Shown one piece after another: positions 11,051 to 23,121 of a stretch of DNA of 64,000 nt (within the stretch, counting starts at the first letter, position 1; the number at the start of each line of letters is the position of its first letter). Position numbers and translations under genes: made by a program. The notes beneath the pieces were generated by a model. The model ran no database searches. It was not told the DNA's origin and saw only the letters and a program-made list of their open reading frames with translations. This DNA is from Mobula hypostoma (taxonomy: Eukaryota). The stretch spans positions 27,776,001 through 27,840,000 of the forward strand of contig NC_086124.1 of NCBI RefSeq assembly GCF_963921235.1. The letters run 5' to 3'.

Positions 11051-13423
11051 TACAGCAGCACATAAACTTAGTGGCTGTCGTGGAAATATTAACTGGGAGC
11101 ACCTGAGTGACCTTGAGTTTCGTTTTAAGAGTTTATTAACATGATAGCATGGAGGGCCTGCAGCAGTCTCCACCGCCAACAGAGCTCTAACTTTTAGGTT
11201 ATACATAGCTCACCATATACTACCCTGAGATTCATTTTCTTGCAGGCATTCACAGTTTTGTTGAGGCCCTCCGTTGGTCGGGGACAACTCTTATTGCATC
11301 CTAGCGGTCTACATGATATGCAAGCCAGGGCAGTCCGATATGGAGCACAAGCTGTTGCCCCTGTCGCAAGCTTCCCCTCTCCACGCAGCCGGGAATCCAA
11401 AGGAATGGCGGAGACCGATACAGTTTGGCACCAGCCAGTGTTACTCGTGTTGCCAATCAGCATTTAACTCAACGTGGGGACTCCAGCTCCGGATAATTCC
11501 TCGGAGTTTATTCCCGAAGCCTAGCCCATGACTGGGTATAGCCTCAAGGCAGCAGAGGTTTGAGGGCTTTCCTTCTGCAAGATGAGCTGCCAACCACATC
11601 TGCCTGAAGCGACTGGTTTTAAGGTGCCAGTCACCACCTTTGCCCCTTCTCCAATGGGTTTAGTAGCTAAGCCACACGTGAAAGCCAAGAGCTGGACCTG
11701 GTTGTCAGAGGCTATTGGAGGCGCACGCCATTGGGAGCATTTAATAGATAGTGAGAGCTTATTCCCACTACCTCTCCGGGCTATGAGAACTTTAAGGAAC
11801 CTAATGAAAAGCTACAAAGACTTACCAGCAACCAATGTGCAAAAAAGAAAAGTGTGCAAATGCAAAAAAAAGATATATTAGTAAATAAATAATACTGAGA
11901 ACATGTGTAGAGTGAGTCTGTAGGTTGTGGAATCGGTTCAGTGCGGAGGTGAGTGAAGTTCTCCACACAGTGAAGTACCCAGCATGCAGAGTCACACCCA
12001 AATAAACTAAATTCCATTCTTCATACTGTACAGCCCTTGCGGGAGGGACGCTGGCCAAGGACGTTTGCTCCTCTTTCAGCGAAGCCGAACTGTTGTTAGT
12101 CACTCAGGGACCAACAGACATACATTTGGACCAAACTCTGGCCATTCGGCCCATTGAGTCTGCTCTGCCATTCCATTGTGGCTGACTTATTATCCGTCTC
12201 AATCCCATTCTCCGGCCTTCTCCTCGTAACCTTTGACACCCTTGCTAATCAGGCCCCTGGTTTATATATACTCAATGACTTGGCGTCCACAGCCCCATCT
12301 GTGACAATGGATTCCACAGATTCATCACCCTCTGGATAAAGAAATTCCTTTCAATATCCAATAGGTTTCAGTGAGATCTCTCAAAAAACGTCGGACTGTC
12401 TTATGGACTCCAGCTCTGGATTTTCCCCTTGGGGTTTACTCTCCATGAGCGGGTATAGCCCCAAGGCAGCGGAGGTTTGAGATCAGAGTTTTCCTTCTCC
12501 TATACGAGCTTCCAATGACGGCCGATGAACCCCATCTGCCTGATGCAGAGGTAGTTCTAAAAACACAGACTATGGCGGGTGTGTGGAACACCCTGCCAGG
12601 GGCAATCGGAGAGGAAAATTCCTTAGAGACATTTAAGGAACTCAGATGGATGATAGAAACATGGAGGGTTACAGAGAAGAGAAGGGTTAGATTGATCTTA
12701 GAGTAGGTTAAAACGTTGCCACAAAGTTGTACGTCGAAGGACCTGTTCTGTTCTAAGTTCCATTTTCTATGTAAAGATGCTCACGATACTCCAGTTGCAG
12801 TCTGACCAATGCAGATTCAGGCATTGGTCAGACGACACTTGAAGTATCCAGGGAGCCCGAGTTCGATCCTGACCTGAGGTGCTACCTATGTGGAGTTTGC
12901 AAGCTCACTTTGTAAACACTTTGGCTTCTGCAGGATGCTCCAATGTCCCCTGCACGTCCCCAAGCTGTGTTAACGAGCCAATGTAGTATCACGGATCAAT
13001 ATTATTCACTATAGCTATCTGTTAGTCTCGTGAGACCATGGATTTGCGCCTTGGAAGGTCTCCAGGGCACAGACCTGGGTAAGGTTGTATGGGAGACCGG
13101 TAGACCCATGCTGCAAGTCTGCCCAAGTCACACCACCGATGTTATCCAAGGGAAGGGCACTGGAGCCGATGCAGCTTGGCACCGGTGTCGTCGCAGGGCA
13201 ATGTGTGGTTAAGTGCCTTGCTCAAGGAAACAACATAAAGTCATAAATACCAGCATGTATTTACAATGTAAACAGCATTATAAAATTGGTTTGAAGTGTT
13301 TGCAGTGCGGTGATGGAGTAATAGATAGAGGGGGTGGGGGAGGTAACTAGAATGGTTGATCAGATTAACTGCCTGGGGGAAGAAACTTTTAAGATGGCGT
13401 GAACGCTTTGTTTTAATAGCTGT

Positions 13424-16210
13424 AGAGTGCTTTCCACAAGAATAAATTACTGTTTTATTTCTATTCTGACATGTTCCAGCATCTGTGCAACGAACTTTGC
13501 TAATTCCCATGATGTTAATCTTTAGTCTTTCCATTTCATTTATCACATTGTCCAATCTTCCTGCTTGATATAGGGTTCTTACATTCCATTATAATGGGAT
13601 AGGAATTCTTATGGATGAAAACATGGTAAAAATTGTTTTAGGACATTGGACAATATCAGAAAGAGAGCTCCTTGTTAGATTCAGATTTAGCAGTTATACA
13701 GGTATATGGAACAAATGAGGATATACTGTAGATAAATTTGACGAAGAGCTTGAACAAGCAAAGAATGGATGCAAATCTCAAGATATAGTTATTGTCATGG
13801 GAGATCTAAGTGCTAAAGTAGGGCAAGGTGCAGATGGAAATACCATAGGAAAATTTGGACTAGGGAAAAGAAATGAAAGAGGTGAGAAATGGGTAGAATG
13901 GTGCAAGATAAATAATCAGGTCATTATGAACACCTACTTTAAAAACCATCCAAGACGCTTGTGGACCTGGAAAAGTCCAGGTGATAACACCAGAAATCAA
14001 ATTGACTTTGTTACTATAAACCAAAGATTTAGAAACTCAGTGACCCAATGCAAAACATATCCAGGTGCAGTCTGTAACAGTGACCATAACCCAGTAATAT
14101 GTCACGTAAAGGTAAAACTTAAAAAACTAAAGACGCAAAATCCTGAACAATCCCTTGACTGTTTCCTATTAATTAAAGAAGAAACATTAAGACAAAAATT
14201 TACAATTGAAGTAAGGAACAGATTTCATTGTCTAGAAATAGACTCTGTTGAAGATGATCGCCATCATGTAGAAATGAAGTTTAACTCTCCAAAGGATGCC
14301 TTGGTAGAATCAGCAAAGGCAGTGATTCCTAAAAAAAAGAATAAATGGATGACAGATGAAATCAAAAATCTATGGAATGAAGGAGACGGAATAAAGCAAA
14401 AAAAGTTATAAGTTTATGTCAAAAAGCCAAAGAAGAATGGTTAAACTAGAAATGTGAGCAGCTAGAAAGAATCCCTATTACTGATCCAAAAAGGTAACAT
14501 CAACAAATCAAGAATATCACTGGTAAAAAGCTCCTCTGTTCTTCAGGTGGATGTTTGAAAGCAAAGGACGGTACCATTATCATGCAAAAAGATGAGATTA
14601 TGAACAGATGGACTGAGTATATTCAGGAATTGTTTGAAGATGATCCAGAGGAAAAAACAGAAATTAAGAAGAACATGCAAGGTCCAAGTATTTTAAAATC
14701 TGAAGTTCGTAATGCAATAAATAAGATGAAGAAAGGTAAGGCGGCAGGTCCTGATGAATTAGTAATAGAACAAATTATCGCCCTTGGAGATTATAGAATT
14801 GAAAAACTTACTGATTTAATCAATGACATTTATCAGACTGGAATAATAACAGAAGAGATGATAAAATCTGTATTTATCACTCTCCCTAAAAAACCTGGAG
14901 CAATAGAATGTGAATTACATAGAACCATAAGTTTAATGAGTCATATCACCAAGATAATTCTAAGAATTTTGATGACAAGAGGTAAAAATAAGATACAAGC
15001 TGAAATAGGTAAAGAACAATGTGGTTTTGTGAAAGATAAAGGTACAAGAAACGCGATATTGATGTTAAGGATACTATCAGAACGAGCTATTCAAGTGCAA
15101 AAAGATTTGTTTGTTTGTTTTATTGACTGCACCAAAAAATTGATAAAGTAAAGCACAATAAGTTATTTGAAATATTACAGAAAACTCTAAATCTAGATTC
15201 AAAAGTCCTCCGCCTAATCAGAAATCTGTACTGGGAGCAAACTGCCGCTGTAAGAATAGATGGTGAAGTAACTCAGTTTACACAAATCAAGAGAGGCATT
15301 AGACAGGGGTGTGTTTTCTCCCCTGATTTGATTAATGTGTACAGTGAAACAATATTACAAAAAATGAGACGTCTTGGGAATCAAAGTTGGCAGTGAAAAC
15401 ATCAATAATTTCAGATATGCGGATGACATTATGTTAATTGCAAGTACTGAGGAAGAACTACAAAACTTAATTAATATAGTTGTTGAAGAAAGTGCAAAAA
15501 TGGGTCTATCTATCAATTGCAAAAAGACAGAATGTATGGTGATATCCAAAAAGAAGGAGAATCCTATCTGCAGGCTGAGAATAAATGGGGAAGACATAAA
15601 ACAAGTATATAACTTTTGCTACTTTGGAAGCTGGGTGACATCAGATGGCAGGTGTGACATGGACGTCAAAAGGAGAATAGGGATGGCAAAAGACACCTTT
15701 ACAAGAATGAAGAGTACACTGACCAATACTAAACTAGGCATGACAACCCGCTTCAGAGCACTGAAATGTTACGTTTATCCAGTTACGTTATGTGACTCAG
15801 AATGTTGGACAATATCTAGTAATATGAAGAAACGAATTGAAGCAGCACAGATGTGGTTTCTGAAGAGGATGCAAATAATATCATGGATGAAACGAATATC
15901 TAACGAGGATGTCATGAACAGAGCAAGCACAAAAAGAGAAATAATGTATGAGAACATGAAAAGGCAAGGTGCCTTCATTGTACATGTGATTCGGAAAGAG
16001 GAGTTAGAATGCACGGTAATTATGGGAAAGATTGAAGGGAAGAAAGCAAGAGGAAGACAAAGACAAATGATGATGGAGACAGCAGCCAGAGAACTGGAAA
16101 TGAATACCAATGAATTGATCCACTTGACCCGAAACAGGAATATGTGGGCCATGGCAGTCAAAGCTCAAACTGGGCTCGGCACCTGATGATGATGATGAGA
16201 GCGCTTTCCA
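13424..16210 (+). mobile_element. RTE-clade LINE (APE + RT, decayed) with inverted 5' segment, (TGA)n tail and 13-bp TSD
   Basis: ORFs 13797-14411 (APE: GDLSAKVG...NQIDFV...SDHNPV), 14555-15151 and 15374-16186 (RT: RYADD). Segment 13437-13590 encodes the APE N-terminus on the - strand. TSD AGAG(T/C)GCTTTCCA at 13424-13436 and 16198-16210. Confidence 0.92.
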
Positions 16211-19200
16211 GAGGGGAGTGTCCGCGATGATTTTTCCTGCACACTTCTTTGTCCTGGACACGCACAAGTCCTGCAGTGATGGTAAACTGCAGCCAATGCA
16301 GGGCACTGCCCTCGCAGTTCACTGTAGTTTTCGTCTACTGTGCGCGGATACAGTGAGATGATTGCTGTTTTCTTAGGAGGTTAAGGAAATTCTGCTCGTC
16401 ACTGACCATCCTAACTTCTGTCGAGAGTGTCCTGGCTGGTTACATCATGGCTTGCATGCGCAGGAATAGAAGGAGCTGCAGTATTAGTGGACTCAGGCCA
16501 ATGCATCACAGTCCCACCCCTTCTCACCATCAGTAGTGTTTGCCTCAGGAAAGCAACATCAAAGATTGCTGACCACTCAGGGCCACACCATCACTGCGCA
16601 GCTCCCATCGGTACAGGAGCCTGAAGTCCCACCCCACCAGGTTCAGAATCATCGACTTCCCTTCAACCATTCGGTTCTGCAACTGACCGGCACAACTCTA
16701 ATCACTACCTCGGTACAGTAACTCACCTTGATTACCGCTGGATCATGGTGTAGAAATATCTCTATTTTTCCCTTTCAGGGTTCTTTTGAAGACGCTGACC
16801 TGGAGTTACATGCTGACTTCAGTTCCTTGCGGGAATGGGACCCGCTCTCGGGGTCTCACGACTGGCCGTTATTCGTTATGCCAAGGACGCGGCCTAGAAG
16901 ACGCGCGAGCCTTCAGGGTTCTGGGATTTTGTGGCTCTGGAGGCGTGCGGACTCGAGGTCGGTGCCTCAGCAGGAATTTGGTGTGCCGTAGCAGCAGAGA
17001 GCTGGCTGCTAGCTGTGTGCCCAGAGACCCGAGATCTTTGGGCACAGAGCTCGGAAAAAGCGACGCAACAGACTTTTAACACCGTGAATCAGCGAGTGGC
17101 TTTGTTATGTCTCCTCTCTCGCTGTGAAACAGGGACATCTCTTTTTCCCTCATTTGGGAGAGAGAGAGAGAGCCCATGGTATGTTGAATACCGGGTGAAG
17201 GAGTAGTCTTTGGGCTACTACAAGTCTGTCTGTTTATTGATGCTTTGCTGTACGCTGGAGTGCTTGGTGAGGTGTGCAGCTGCTTTTTCGCTGGTGGGGA
17301 GGGGGTCATTGCTTTGCTGCTGCTTGTGCGTAGGAGGGGGAGCTGGGGGCGGGGCTTTGGAGTTCCTCCGTATTCGTTGATGTTTGCGAAGAAAAAGATA
17401 TTCAGGATTTATATTATATACATTTCTCTGACATTAAATGTACCTTTGAGAATTGCTACCTTTCTTGTATTTCCCTTGTAGTTTAACATTCTTGAGCTTG
17501 CCTTTTACATAATCACCTGTTCAGTGATTTTTCCAGCAATTACAGTATAGTGTTTCTCTATTTTTCTGGAAGCTTCTTATTTTGTCATGCCGCTTGAATC
17601 CAGCTATTTTTAGGTTGTTATCTCCAGTCTGAGTATGTCCTTTGTTCTATGGAATGCTGAAAGGCCTCGACAGAGTGGGTGTGGAGAGGATGTTTCCAAT
17701 GGTGGGGAGAGTCTAAGACCAAAGCACACAGCTTCAGATTGGAGGGGCATCCTTTTAGAACAGAGATGTGGAGCAATTTCTTTAGCCAGAGAGTGGTGAG
17801 TCTGTGGAATTTTTTGCCACAGGCGGCTGTGGAGGCAAACTCATTGGGTGTGTTTAAGGCAGAGGTTGATAGGTTCCTGATTAGTCAGGGCATGAAGACA
17901 GGAGACTGGGGCTGAGAGGGAAATGGATCGGCCATGGTGAAATGGCGGAGCAGACTCGATGAGCCAAATGGCCTAATTCTGCTCCAATATCTTATGGTCT
18001 TTATTAGGTATGCCTGCTTGATAATACAAATATCTAATCAGCCAATCGTGTGGCAGCAGCTCACTGCATTAAAAAGTATTTTTCATAAAAGTATTTCAAC
18101 ACACTGCTTTTCAAGATACTTTTTCGAACAAGCTAGTGTAAGTTTTCTTCTGTCCTGTTACACTGAAGGACTTTGAGTCAAGGCAAACTATTTATTTGAC
18201 TTTACCAGGAGTGACAGAAGGGTGTTGCAGGGTTGCCAGGGCTCCCTAGCTGTAGAGGAGAAAAGCTTAGATCAGATTATTTTGAGATTAAAAGCAAGTA
18301 ATGCTCAGGCTTTAGAAGGCATTGGTCAGACCACACTTGGAGCATTGTGAACAGTTTCAGGTCCCTTAGGTGTTGGCATTAGAGAAGGTCGAGAGGAGAA
18401 TGGTCCTGGGAATGAGAGGGTTAATAGATGAGGAGCATTTGATGGCTCAGGGATGTACTTGCTGGTGGTTAGAAGAATGATGGGGGATTCTCAATGACAC
18501 CTATTGAATATTGAAAGTCTTAGATAATGGATGTGGAGAGGATGTTTCCAATGGTGCAGGAGTCTAGGACCACAGGGCATAGAAGAAAAGAGACACTTTA
18601 GAACAGAGATGAGGAGGAATTTCTTTAGGCAGAGGGTGGTGAATCTGCAGAATTCATTGCCACAGATGACCGTGGAGGCAGAGTCACTGGGTGGATTTAA
18701 AGTGGGGGTTGATAGGTTGTTGTTTAGTAACGGCATTAACGGTTACGAGGAGAAGGCAGGAGAATGGGGTTGAGAGAGTAATAAAAAGGCCAATCGAATG
18801 GCAGAGAAAATCCGATGGGCTGAATGGCCAATTGGTCTTAAATCAGCCATTATTGTATGGAGACTCAATGGGCCCAATTCTGCTCCTCTGCCTTACAGTC
18901 TTATTGCCACCACTCAGCCAACTATGTAATGCAAGTCCCTTCAACATCAATAAGTTCCAAGTTACCCCCATTGACAAAGCACTCACCAATTTCCTCTCCC
19001 GTTACCATGGGAAATAGCAGGGCCATTAAGAAGCCGAAGAGGTCCATGTCTGTGGATGGCTCCTCTCTCCAGGAGCAATAAAAAGATGTGAACTGGGACT
19101 GTCCTGTTTATGAACGGGGCTTAGATTTTTGCTGACTACACAAGCCATGGTGAAGTAATTCAACTCCGCTGCTAGCGTGTCGATTTTATGAGTAACATTA

Positions 19201-21114
19201 ACTTGACAGCTACAGTAACAATCGTTAACAGGCAGTAGTTCAACTCTCAAACCGTTCTTCCCGAAGTAGCACGTTTCAATATACTTTCAGGAAATTTTAG
19301 ACCACACAGCACAGAGCAGTTATTGAAAGTGGCGATTTTGTCAAGTTAAAGTGTTTTGTGAAGTCTGTGTTTGGATTTACTTCACAGGATGGCTGATTTT
19401 GTAATGGAATTAAATCATGCCACATTCCAATTGACTTATCACGTGTGCATTGAAACATTACTCAATGGCTACTTTATTAGATACCTGCTGAAGTGTTTGT
19501 TTGTGGTCTTCTGCTGATGTTGCCCACCCTCTTCAAGGTTCAACATGTTGTGCATTCAGAGATGCTCCTCAGCACACCACTGTTGTAACGTGTGGTTATT
19601 TGAGTTGCTGTCGCCTTCCTGTCAGCTTGAACCAGTCTGGCCGTTCTCCTCTGACCTCTCTCATTAACGAGGCGCTTTCGCCCACCGAGCTGCCGCTCTG
19701 TGGATGTCTTTTTGTTTTTCACACCATTCTCTGTTAACTCTAGAGACAGTTGTGCATGAAAATCCCAGGAGATCAGCGGTCTTTGAGATACCCAAATCGT
19801 AACCGTCTGGCACCAACGGTCATTCCACAGTCAAGTAGTAATTTAGATTACATGTATTTCAAGATCGGCCCTTCCTGCCCTTTCGAGCCGCACCACCCAG
19901 CAACGCCCGATTTAACTCTGGCCTAATCGCAGGATAATTTGCAATGGCCAATTAACCTATTGACTAGTAGGTCTTTTGACTGTGGGAGGTAACCAGAGCA
20001 TTGGGAGGAAGCCCACGTGGTCACGGCGAGAACGTACAAACTCCTTACCGGCAGCGGCGGAAATTGAACCCGGGTCGCTGGTACCGTAAAGCGTTGCGCA
20101 GGCAGACTTCGTCCACTGAGTTTGGGCGAGACTAGAATTAGATATCGTGAGCTGCGGGTTGAAACATTTAAGCGGAACGAGGGGGGGGATCCTCTTCACT
20201 CAGAGGGTGGTGAAAGCGTGGAACGATCTGCCAGCAGGAGTGGTGGGCGTGGGTTTGGTTGCAACACTTGGGAAATTTGGGTGGGTATATGGACGGCAGG
20301 GGTAATGGAGGGCCAAGGTCCAGGTGCAGGTTGTTTGGGCTAGGCAGAATAACAGCTCGGCATGGACTAGATGGTCCAAAGAGCCTATTTCTGTACTGGA
20401 TGATCACCTGTCATCCAGAACATCTTCAAGAGGTGGTGACTCAAGAAGTTGGCATCTGTTGCCACTCTCTGGGACGTGCCCTCTTCTTGTTCGTACCATT
20501 GGGGAGGAGATACAGGAGCTGAAAACACACACTCAATGATTCACAAACTTCTTCCCCTCTGTCACTGGAGTTCTGAATGGACATTGAACCCGTGAACAGC
20601 ACCTCATTATTCCCTTGTCTGTTTTTTTGCACTGGGGATGGTGGTAGAGTCAGATACATGAGGGACATTTAACACAAAGACACATGGATAAAAGAAACAT
20701 GGAGGGGCGTGTGGGAGACAAGGGTTAAGTTGACCTTGGAGTGGTTTGTAAGGTCAGCCCAACAATATTCACAGTACATTTATTATCAAAGTATATGTAT
20801 ACTTTATACAACCTTGAGATTCGTCTCCTTATCGGCAGCCACAGAACAAAGAAACCCCAAAAAACAAATTTAAAGCAAAAGACCGACAAACACCCAATGT
20901 GGTGAGAGAATAAAAATAACAAATTGTGCAAACGATAGAAGTAAGTAAATAGCACTTAGAATGAAAGTAAGTCCTCAGGGACGAAGCCCAGCCATTTGGC
21001 CCATCGGGTCTACTTTGTCATTCAAGCCTAGCTAATTTAGCATGTCTCTCAACCCCATTCTCCTGCCTTCTCCCCGTAACCTTTAATGTCCTTACCCATC
21101 GAGAATTTTTCTAA

Positions 21115-21290
21115 CTCGGCACGGTAGTATAGCGGTTAGCGCGACACTTTACAGAACCAGTGACCCGGGTTCAATTCCCGCTGCTGTCTGTGAGGAGTTT
21201 ATACGTTCTCCCCATGACTGCATGGTTTTCCTCCGGGTGCTCTGGTTACCTCCCACCATCCAAAGATGCACCAGTTGGTAGCTTGATTGG
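21115..21290 (+). mobile_element. tRNA-derived SINE (elasmobranch HE1-like); many further copies in the window
   Basis: A-box and B-box-like head GGCACGGTAGTATAGCGGTTAGC...GGGTTCAATTCCC, followed by the TGTGAGGAGTTT..CGTTCTCCCC body that recurs at about 430, 20000(-), 22000(-), 28300, 50550(-) and 58850. Confidence 0.65.
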
Positions 21291-22204
21291 TCATTGGGCT
21301 AGGATTAAGTCATGGGGCTACAGGGTGCAGTGGTTTGAGGGCCAGAAAAGCATGTTCCACTCTGAATTTCAACCTCCGATTAAAAATTACATATCAACCT
21401 CCGCTTTAAATGACTGTATGTGGCAACAAATTCCACAGATTTACCACCCTCCAGCTAAACCAAATCCTCCTCATCTCTGTTCTAAAGGGGTGTCCTTCTA
21501 TTCTGTGAACCTAGACTTCCCTCCCCCACCCCGACATTGGAAACATGCTCTCCACGTCCACTCTGTCTAGGCCTTTTAATATTTGATAGGTTTCAATGAG
21601 ACCCCCCCCTCATTCTTCTAAACTCCAGCAAGTGCAGGCCCAAAGCCATCGAGCGCTCCTCATGGTTAACCCTTGCAATCCCAGGATCATTCTCGTGAAC
21701 ATCCTCTGGAGCCTCTCCAAGGCCAGCACATCCTTTCTTAAATAAGGGACCCAAAACTGCAAGTTCGGTCTGACCAGTGCCTTGTAAAGCGTCAGCATTA
21801 CATTCTTCCTTTAATATTCTAGTCCTCTCGAAATGAATGAATGAATGAACTATTATTATTGAAATACAGTGTGGAATATACTGCTCGTGAACCCCCATAT
21901 TTCATCCTACCCTAATCACAGGACAATCTACAAAGACCAATTAACCTACCAACTGGAACGTCTTTGCAACGTGGCAAGGAATTGGAGCATCCAGAGGAAA
22001 ATCACACGGTCACGGGTAGAATGCACGAACGCCTTACTGGCAACAGCGGGAATCGAACCTGGGTCACCTATACTGTAAAGTGTTTTGCTAACCACTACGC
22101 TACCAGGCTGTGTATGTAACACACATTTTCCTTCCTCACCCTGCAAGTTAACGTTTAGGGAACACCTAATTTCTGAATTTGCTCTCACCGCTTAGAAAAT
22201 AGTC

Positions 22205-22713
22205 TACGAAGGGTGATTGATAAGTTCGTGGCTAGAAGGAGAAAATTTTAGAAAACCTAGCACATTCATTTTTCCTACATTTACACACTTAGTCCAGCGG
22301 CCGTGGAGCATACGGATCCCTTCTTTGTAGAAGTCAGTGTCTTGGATCTCCAGAAAGTGGTCCACAGCAGGGATCATTGATAAGTTCATGGACTAAGGTA
22401 GAAGGAGATGAGTTATTAACTTCAAACTTTCTGCATAATCACTCAAAGAGTTGAGCTGCACATGCATGTAACGAGAGCTGTATAACTCATCTCCTTTCAC
22501 CCTAGGCCACAAACTTATCAATCACCCCTGCTGTGGACCATTTTCTGGAGGTTTGAGACGCCGATTTCTACAAAGAAGGGATCCGTATGCTCCACGACCG
22601 CTGGACTAAGTGTGTACGTGTAGAAGGGGACTATGTTGAAAAATAAATGTGCTAGGTTTTCTAAAATTGACTCCTTCTACCTTAGGCCACAGACTTATCA
22701 ATCACCCCTCGTA
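22205..22713. mobile_element. Mariner-derived palindromic MITE
   Basis: TA-flanked TIRs TACGAAGGGTGATTGATAAG / CTTATCAATCACCCCTCGTA. Both arms carry the transposase end FYKEGIRMLH(G/D)RWTKCV in opposite orientation. Confidence 0.85.
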
Positions 22714-23009
22714 TGTCTTTATTCCTTCTGCCAAAGTGCAGGACCATACACTTCCACTAGACTATACTTCATCTGCCTCTTCTTTGCAACCTCCACTTTA
22801 TATATACCCGATCCTGGAACATTTTAGGCACAGAACGCCAGATAGAAGTATACAAAGGAAGGGAAATAAACACTTGAAGTCATTAGGAGACAAGCAGGAG
22901 GCTGGTACAGCCTGCTCCCAGTGGGTGGAGTCAGGTGAAGTCCAAGGAATCCAGAACAGGTTTGCTCAGTACAATTGCTCAGCTGGTCCACCTCACTTCA
23001 AATACTCAC

Positions 23010-23028
23010 CTGTTTCGCTCAGACGCAT
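23010..23028 (-). pseudogene. WA: Candidate WA first (leader) exon, 3' part
   Basis: Strong phase-1 donor ACAG|GTGAGT at 23010/23009, compatible with the alpha1 exon. The nearest ATG (23028) gives only MRLSET; the open upstream frame reads LEVIVGSLMRLSET without an ATG. Confidence 0.45.
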
Positions 23029-23054
23029 CAGAGAGCCCACTATTACCTCCAAAG

Positions 23055-23121
23055 ATGAGCGTTTGCTGCAGGTTGGCCTTCGCGGCTCTCCTAGTGGTCT
23101 CTGTCGCGGCCACCCAGAGCG
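23055..23121 (+). CDS. WB: WB-like exon 1, signal peptide MSVCCRLAFAALLVVSVAATQS
   Basis: ATG in AAAGATGA context, hydrophobic core, donor G|GTAAGT. Confidence 0.9.

Larger units (their letters stand above)
5657..23028 (-). pseudogene. WA: MHC W-category alpha chain (WA-like) pseudogene; exons 23028?-23010, 10389-10117, 8781-8499, 6216-6105, 5675-5657
   Basis: Phase-compatible GT-AG exons give alpha1, a b2m-like Ig-C1 domain, a class II alpha-type TM and a short tail. Lesions: TAA at 10225-10223, and in alpha2 a +1 insertion plus TAG and TAA. Head-to-head with the beta gene. Confidence 0.85.

Noticed and set aside
21115-21190. tRNA genes at A/B-box-like sequences (also about 430, 28300, 53075, 59260)
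   Set aside because: These are SINE heads followed by SINE bodies; I could not fold a complete cloverleaf.
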